IMG/VR virus record: IMGVR_UViG_3300020371_000012
Location: 1-55,693 of that record
Direction: 5' to 3' (one strand)
From: a virus
Taxonomy: Duplodnaviria > Caudoviricetes
DNA length: 55,693 nucleotides
This document shows positions 51,949-55,693 of the stretch, piece by piece. The translations under genes and the position numbers were made by a program. Within the stretch, counting starts at the first letter, position 1. The number at the start of each line of letters is the position of its first letter. Under the pieces are notes generated by a model. It made no database searches and was not told the DNA's origin. It worked only from the letters and a program-made list of their open reading frames with translations.

Positions 51949-52746
51949 ATGGCTGACTATTTAAGTTACAAAAAAATTCAAGGCGACCAGTTGGATGATG
52001 GCATCCTGACTGCTGCCAAGTTTTCCACATCCCCAACTTCCACATTTGGAGTGAAGTGGTTTTACGGGACAATGTGTCGTTGTTCTGGTGGTTGTTGCTG
52101 TCTTTGGACTGTACCAACTGGAGTTAAGAAACTCTGGATTCAGGCTTGGGGATCTGGTGGTAATGGATCTGGATCTTGTTCCTGTAGAAGATGTCAGCAC
52201 TATAGAGGTGCAGGCGGTGGATTCTACAATAGTGTCATGATTGATACTGCTGCAGGATGTCAGTATAGAGTCTGTGCAGGTGGTGTATATCCATGTCTCT
52301 CTAGAGAATGTAATGGATGTATTGGTTGTGCATCATATGTTAATGGATATAACTTGAGCAACTTCTGTGCTTATGGTGGTTCATGTGGTCATGCTAACAG
52401 TAGTTGGGCTGAGGCATGTAACGCGACTTGGCACTGCTGTGTAGGACCAACATCTAATGGTGGTCAGTTTGGTATGGGTAACCTAAGAGATACTTGGTCT
52501 TCGGCTGGTTACTCAACCAATAGAGGTAGATGGTGTCACTGCTATACTCAGATGACTAATCCAACTGCCGCTCCATTCATTGGAACCGAAGTTATTCAAT
52601 CACTTCGTGAGTGTTGGATTCGTTGTGGTTGCTGGATCGTTCCTTATGGTCATGGTGGACAAAACGCAATGACTACATACTGCGAAAGATGCTGCGGACA
52701 AGGCGGTACAGGTGGCGGCGGTCTAGTCAAAATCACGTACTTCTGA
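51949..52746 (+). CDS. Cys/Gly-rich putative tail-fibre tip protein, paralog 2
   Basis: Colinear with paralog 1; ~27 Cys in 265 aa. Confidence 0.8.
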   Translation: MADYLSYKKIQGDQLDDGILTAAKFSTSPTSTFGVKWFYGTMCRCSGGCCCLWTVPTGVKKLWIQAWGSGGNGSGSCSCRRCQHYRGAGGGFYNSVMIDTAAGCQYRVCAGGVYPCLSRECNGCIGCASYVNGYNLSNFCAYGGSCGHANSSWAEACNATWHCCVGPTSNGGQFGMGNLRDTWSSAGYSTNRGRWCHCYTQMTNPTAAPFIGTEVIQSLRECWIRCGCWIVPYGHGGQNAMTTYCERCCGQGGTGGGGLVKITYF

Positions 52747-52772
52747 TAAATAACTATTAAATAGGACTCCTA

Positions 52773-53570
52773 ATGGCTAATTACTCATCATATAAACAGA
52801 TTAGCAACTCTCAAATTGTTGACGGGTCTATTACAAACACCCAGTTACAACAGGGAGCTTTCTCAAACTGGAATGTTAAATGGATCTATGGTGATCCACA
52901 GGCAATGACATCTGGTTGTTGCTGTAATTGGACAGTACCTTCTGGAGTCCAAAGAGTTTATTGGGAACTCTGGGGTGCTGGAGGAAACGGACACGGAACG
53001 TGTTCTTGCAGAAGATGTTATAACTGGCATGGTGCAGGCGGTGGATTCTATAACGCAAAATCAATGGGCGTTACTGCTGGAAATAGTTACACTGTTTGTG
53101 CAGGTGGCGTTTATCGTTGTTGTTCTAGAGACTGTGTTGGATGTAGGGGATGTAGTTCTTACGTAAACGGATCTGGACTATCCAACTTCTGTGCTGCTGG
53201 TGGAACAAGAGGTTGTGCAACCAACTCTTGGTCTTCTACTTGTTACTCTGCATTTATGGACTGCTGCGTTCAACCAGGAGCTTGGGGTGGAGACTTTGCA
53301 ATGGGTAACCACGCTGGTGGTACTAGAAAAGGATTTGGTGGTGCTGGTTGGAACTGTCACTGCTACTACAACGAAAGTCTACCTACAGGTGCTCCATTCA
53401 TGGGTACTATGGGTGTCAACTCTGCTGTTAGACACTGCTGGGTTCGTTGCGGTTGCTGGAGAGTTCCTTACGCACATGGTGGTCAGGGCGCAGTTACATC
53501 TTACTGTGAAAGATGCTGTGGACAAGGTGGAACAGGTGGTAGTGGTGTTGTTAAAATCAGCTACATGTGA
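52773..53570 (+). CDS. Cys/Gly-rich putative tail-fibre tip protein, paralog 3
   Basis: Colinear with paralogs 1 and 2; ~25 Cys in 265 aa; preceded by GATAAATA (52745) and ATTAAATA (52756). Confidence 0.8.
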   Translation: MANYSSYKQISNSQIVDGSITNTQLQQGAFSNWNVKWIYGDPQAMTSGCCCNWTVPSGVQRVYWELWGAGGNGHGTCSCRRCYNWHGAGGGFYNAKSMGVTAGNSYTVCAGGVYRCCSRDCVGCRGCSSYVNGSGLSNFCAAGGTRGCATNSWSSTCYSAFMDCCVQPGAWGGDFAMGNHAGGTRKGFGGAGWNCHCYYNESLPTGAPFMGTMGVNSAVRHCWVRCGCWRVPYAHGGQGAVTSYCERCCGQGGTGGSGVVKISYM

Positions 53571-53589
53571 TCCATCATTGGTATTATCC

Positions 53590-53614
53590 AGACCCCGAAA
53601 GGGGTCTTTTTTTT
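53590..53614 (+). terminator. Intrinsic terminator
   Basis: AGACCCC-GAAA-GGGGTCT followed by a T run. Confidence 0.9.
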
Positions 53615-53623
53615 ATGTTTTTT

Positions 53624-53631
53624 TATAAATA
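53624..53631 (+). promoter_or_regulatory. T4-type late promoter
   Basis: TATAAATA just after the terminator, upstream of ATG 53669. Confidence 0.8.
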
Positions 53632-53668
53632 GTCGAGAAGGACGTTAACCTGAAAAAATTTAACCGCC

Positions 53669-54439
53669 ATGGCAACAGAAATTATTTCTCACGCTTGGAA
53701 CATGCCAGTTCCAAATGACTTCCTAAGAGATCACTCTTTTAGTGAAGGTAGAACAAGAGCCGTCAACTATGACGGACCAGACAAGATTTGGCTTCAACTC
53801 GGTGCAGATGGTACTGAAAAGTATGGTCCACTGACCGAAGATGATATGGCTGATGGACGCCCAATCCCAGCTGATGTCACTCAGATGTTTGAAGTAGACT
53901 GTACTGAGTATCCTCTTATTTGTCAGTTAAGAGCACCAGTTATCAACGAAAGACAAGAAGATAGAAGTGTAGATGATGAAATTCGTCATCCAGATTGTCC
54001 TGATATGACCGCCCAAGGTTACAGGAATTTTACTTATAATGAAACTCTTTTTGTGGAAGATATCTATGACGGTTCAAGTGTCAGAGTTGTTGATGGAGTT
54101 CCAACAGTTCATGCATTTACCGTCAATGAAAAACTGATTGGTAGAGAAGAAGATCTAACTTGGGATGAAATCAGAGCTCACAGAAACGCTATTCTTGAAG
54201 GTAGTGATCACTCTATTGCAGAGGACATGCCTGAAGATATGAAGAATACTTGGAAGGCATATCGTCAGAAGTTGAGAGATCTCCCTAACGATCTTGAGGC
54301 TGCTGGAGTCTCTCCAAATATTGCATACTACATGTTCCCATCTCAACCATTCTATAGTGCTCCACCTGATGATCCAGAACCACCTGCAGATGCAACTGCG
54401 GATTGGGCTCCACCTTCCAGTGGTGTAGCGGGACTCTGA
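53669..54439 (+). CDS. Tail fibre assembly chaperone-like protein
   Basis: C-terminal WDEIRAHRNAILEGSD...WKAYRQKLRDLP, the phage tail assembly chaperone signature. Confidence 0.8.
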   Translation: MATEIISHAWNMPVPNDFLRDHSFSEGRTRAVNYDGPDKIWLQLGADGTEKYGPLTEDDMADGRPIPADVTQMFEVDCTEYPLICQLRAPVINERQEDRSVDDEIRHPDCPDMTAQGYRNFTYNETLFVEDIYDGSSVRVVDGVPTVHAFTVNEKLIGREEDLTWDEIRAHRNAILEGSDHSIAEDMPEDMKNTWKAYRQKLRDLPNDLEAAGVSPNIAYYMFPSQPFYSAPPDDPEPPADATADWAPPSSGVAGL

Positions 54440-54461
54440 TAAAAATTGAATATATAATTTT

Positions 54462-54484
54462 AGGGGGAGTTATCCCCCTTTTTT
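54462..54484 (+). terminator. Intrinsic terminator
   Basis: AGGGGGA-GTTA-TCCCCCT followed by TTTTT. Confidence 0.8.
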
Positions 54485-54497
54485 AATGGGAGGAATT

Positions 54498-55130
54498 ATG
54501 TTTGAACTGAATGAATCTCGCAAAACAACAGTGAAAAAAGTTTATGATCATGCTAAAAATGATGCAGGATATGTGTGGAGATATGTAATTACCGTAGATG
54601 ATTTCTACAATAATCCCGATGAGGTTAGAGAGTTTGCTTTAAATTGTACTCCTAAGATGGATATCAAATATACTGGTAATCTTATTGGTTCTAGAGTTGT
54701 TGAAGATGTTAGTGAATTTGATAAGAATTTAAAACCCGTTTTTGAAAAAGCATGTCAATTTGATTTTTGGAATCCAGAGTTCGATGAAACTTTTTGGAAA
54801 GATACAAAATTCATGGTAAACGTAACTACTTCAGATGATATTGAAACTAGATTTAATGAGAAAAAACATACCTATACATTCCATAAAGACTCTGCAAGTT
54901 ATAAGTGGGCTGCCGTAATTTACCTCAATAAGGATGACGAGTGTGACGGTGGAACTAATTTCTATGCATGGATGCCAGATGATCCATGTGCCGTACCAAG
55001 ATTAGAACACAGTGCAGAAATGAAGTATAATAGAATGGTTTTATATGAGTGCAATCATATGCATGGAGCTGTCCTAAAAAAAGGTATGTTCAGTGATTTT
55101 CCGAGACTCACACAAGTATTATTCATGTAA
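54498..55130 (+). CDS. DUF6445-like putative 2OG-Fe(II) oxygenase
   Basis: GGAGG RBS; VDDFYNNPDEVREFAL, HKD (HxD), AAVIYLN....GGTNFY, MKYNRMVLY...MHG, RLTQVLF. Confidence 0.8.
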   Translation: MFELNESRKTTVKKVYDHAKNDAGYVWRYVITVDDFYNNPDEVREFALNCTPKMDIKYTGNLIGSRVVEDVSEFDKNLKPVFEKACQFDFWNPEFDETFWKDTKFMVNVTTSDDIETRFNEKKHTYTFHKDSASYKWAAVIYLNKDDECDGGTNFYAWMPDDPCAVPRLEHSAEMKYNRMVLYECNHMHGAVLKKGMFSDFPRLTQVLFM

Positions 55131-55139
55131 TTTTGGTGT

Positions 55140-55147
55140 ACTAAATA
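55140..55147 (+). promoter_or_regulatory. Late promoter variant
   Basis: ACTAAATA upstream of ATG 55191. Confidence 0.55.
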
Positions 55148-55190
55148 AATCAGAATAGATCATTCTTTATCATCCCGTTTGGAGTTGTAT

Positions 55191-55693
55191 ATGAGACCCA
55201 AGGCATTTTTTATTAATGGAGGAGCTGGCAGAGTACTTTGCTCCATCCCTGCATTTGAAAAATATGCAGAAGAACATGATGATTTTATCATTGTTGCTGA
55301 AGGAGGCACTGACTTTTTTAAAGGTCACCCCACCTTAGATGGTAAAGTCTATGATGTTTGGCACAAGAATTTGTTCCAAGAACATCTGAAACACAGAGAT
55401 TGTGTTTCTCCAGAACCATACAGAATGTGGCATTACTACAACCAGAAGTGTAGTTTGACACAGGCTTTTGATATGGAAATCAACGGTTTAGAAGAACCGA
55501 GAGAACTTCCCAAACCAACTCTCAACCTCACCAAGATGGAGGTTATTGCTGGTTACAATATGGTTCAGGAAGTAAAAGCAGTAACTGGTAAGGATAAAGT
55601 AGTTGTTATCCAACCCTTTGGTAGAGGTGTTGAACAAGTAGGTGACTTTATTGCAGACGCTTCTTCTAGGAGCATGTCTCTAGTAAACACTGT
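55191..55693 (+). CDS. Partial ORF, putative GT-B (GT9/heptosyltransferase-like) protein; runs off the window
   Basis: GGAG RBS; hand-translated MRPKAFFINGGAGRVLCSIPAFEKY...PEPY...VVVIQPFGRG...RSMS, with no stop to the window end. The GGxG..L.S.PA and IQPFG motifs resemble GT9. Confidence 0.65.
   Translation, partial: MRPKAFFINGGAGRVLCSIPAFEKYAEEHDDFIIVAEGGTDFFKGHPTLDGKVYDVWHKNLFQEHLKHRDCVSPEPYRMWHYYNQKCSLTQAFDMEINGLEEPRELPKPTLNLTKMEVIAGYNMVQEVKAVTGKDKVVVIQPFGRGVEQVGDFIADASSRSMSLVNT

Noticed and set aside
44491-53570. Diversity-generating retroelement TR/VR pair among the repeats or paralogs
   Set aside because: Differences between copies are not adenine-specific, and no reverse transcriptase is in the window.
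1-55693. tRNA/rRNA genes, introns, inteins, homing endonucleases, stop-codon reassignment
   Set aside because: None were recognisable by eye, and genes end normally in TAA, TGA or TAG. A tRNAscan or Infernal run would be needed to exclude RNA genes formally.

Overview
This window comes from a T4-like marine cyanomyovirus (Kyanoviridae-type; host probably Synechococcus or Prochlorococcus). All credible genes are on the + strand. Family assignments are from recalled motifs, not database searches, and counts were done by eye. (i) 1-5.5 kb: a dense cluster of tiny early-type ORFs driven by five copies of a conserved promoter cassette (inverted-repeat box, -10 element, AAGAGTCAAAG). (ii) 4.86-5.73 kb: a mostly non-coding hub with divergent sigma70 promoters, CTCGGAG repeats and a ~120-nt rod-like structured RNA candidate. 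(iii) 5.7-9.2 kb: middle/late small genes, including a 2OG-Fe(II) oxygenase and a glycosyltransferase-like gene. (iv) 9.2-38.4 kb: the baseplate module (gp25, gp6, gp7-like, gp9/10-like, a giant repeat protein, gp8, VrlC/DUF4815-like) with T4-type late promoters. (v) 38.4-55.7 kb: tail fibre/adhesin genes, three tandem Cys-rich paralogs, a tail-fibre chaperone, a second oxygenase and a partial GT-B-like gene. The most striking unexplained signal is in the 3' 2 kb of the 1709-aa virion gene. From 43653 to 45050 the + strand has no TAA, TAG or TGA in any frame, and only four such triplets occur up to 45714. The boundary is sharp and the effect is strand-specific, which points to a triple-open, overprinted or frameshift-tolerant coding region.
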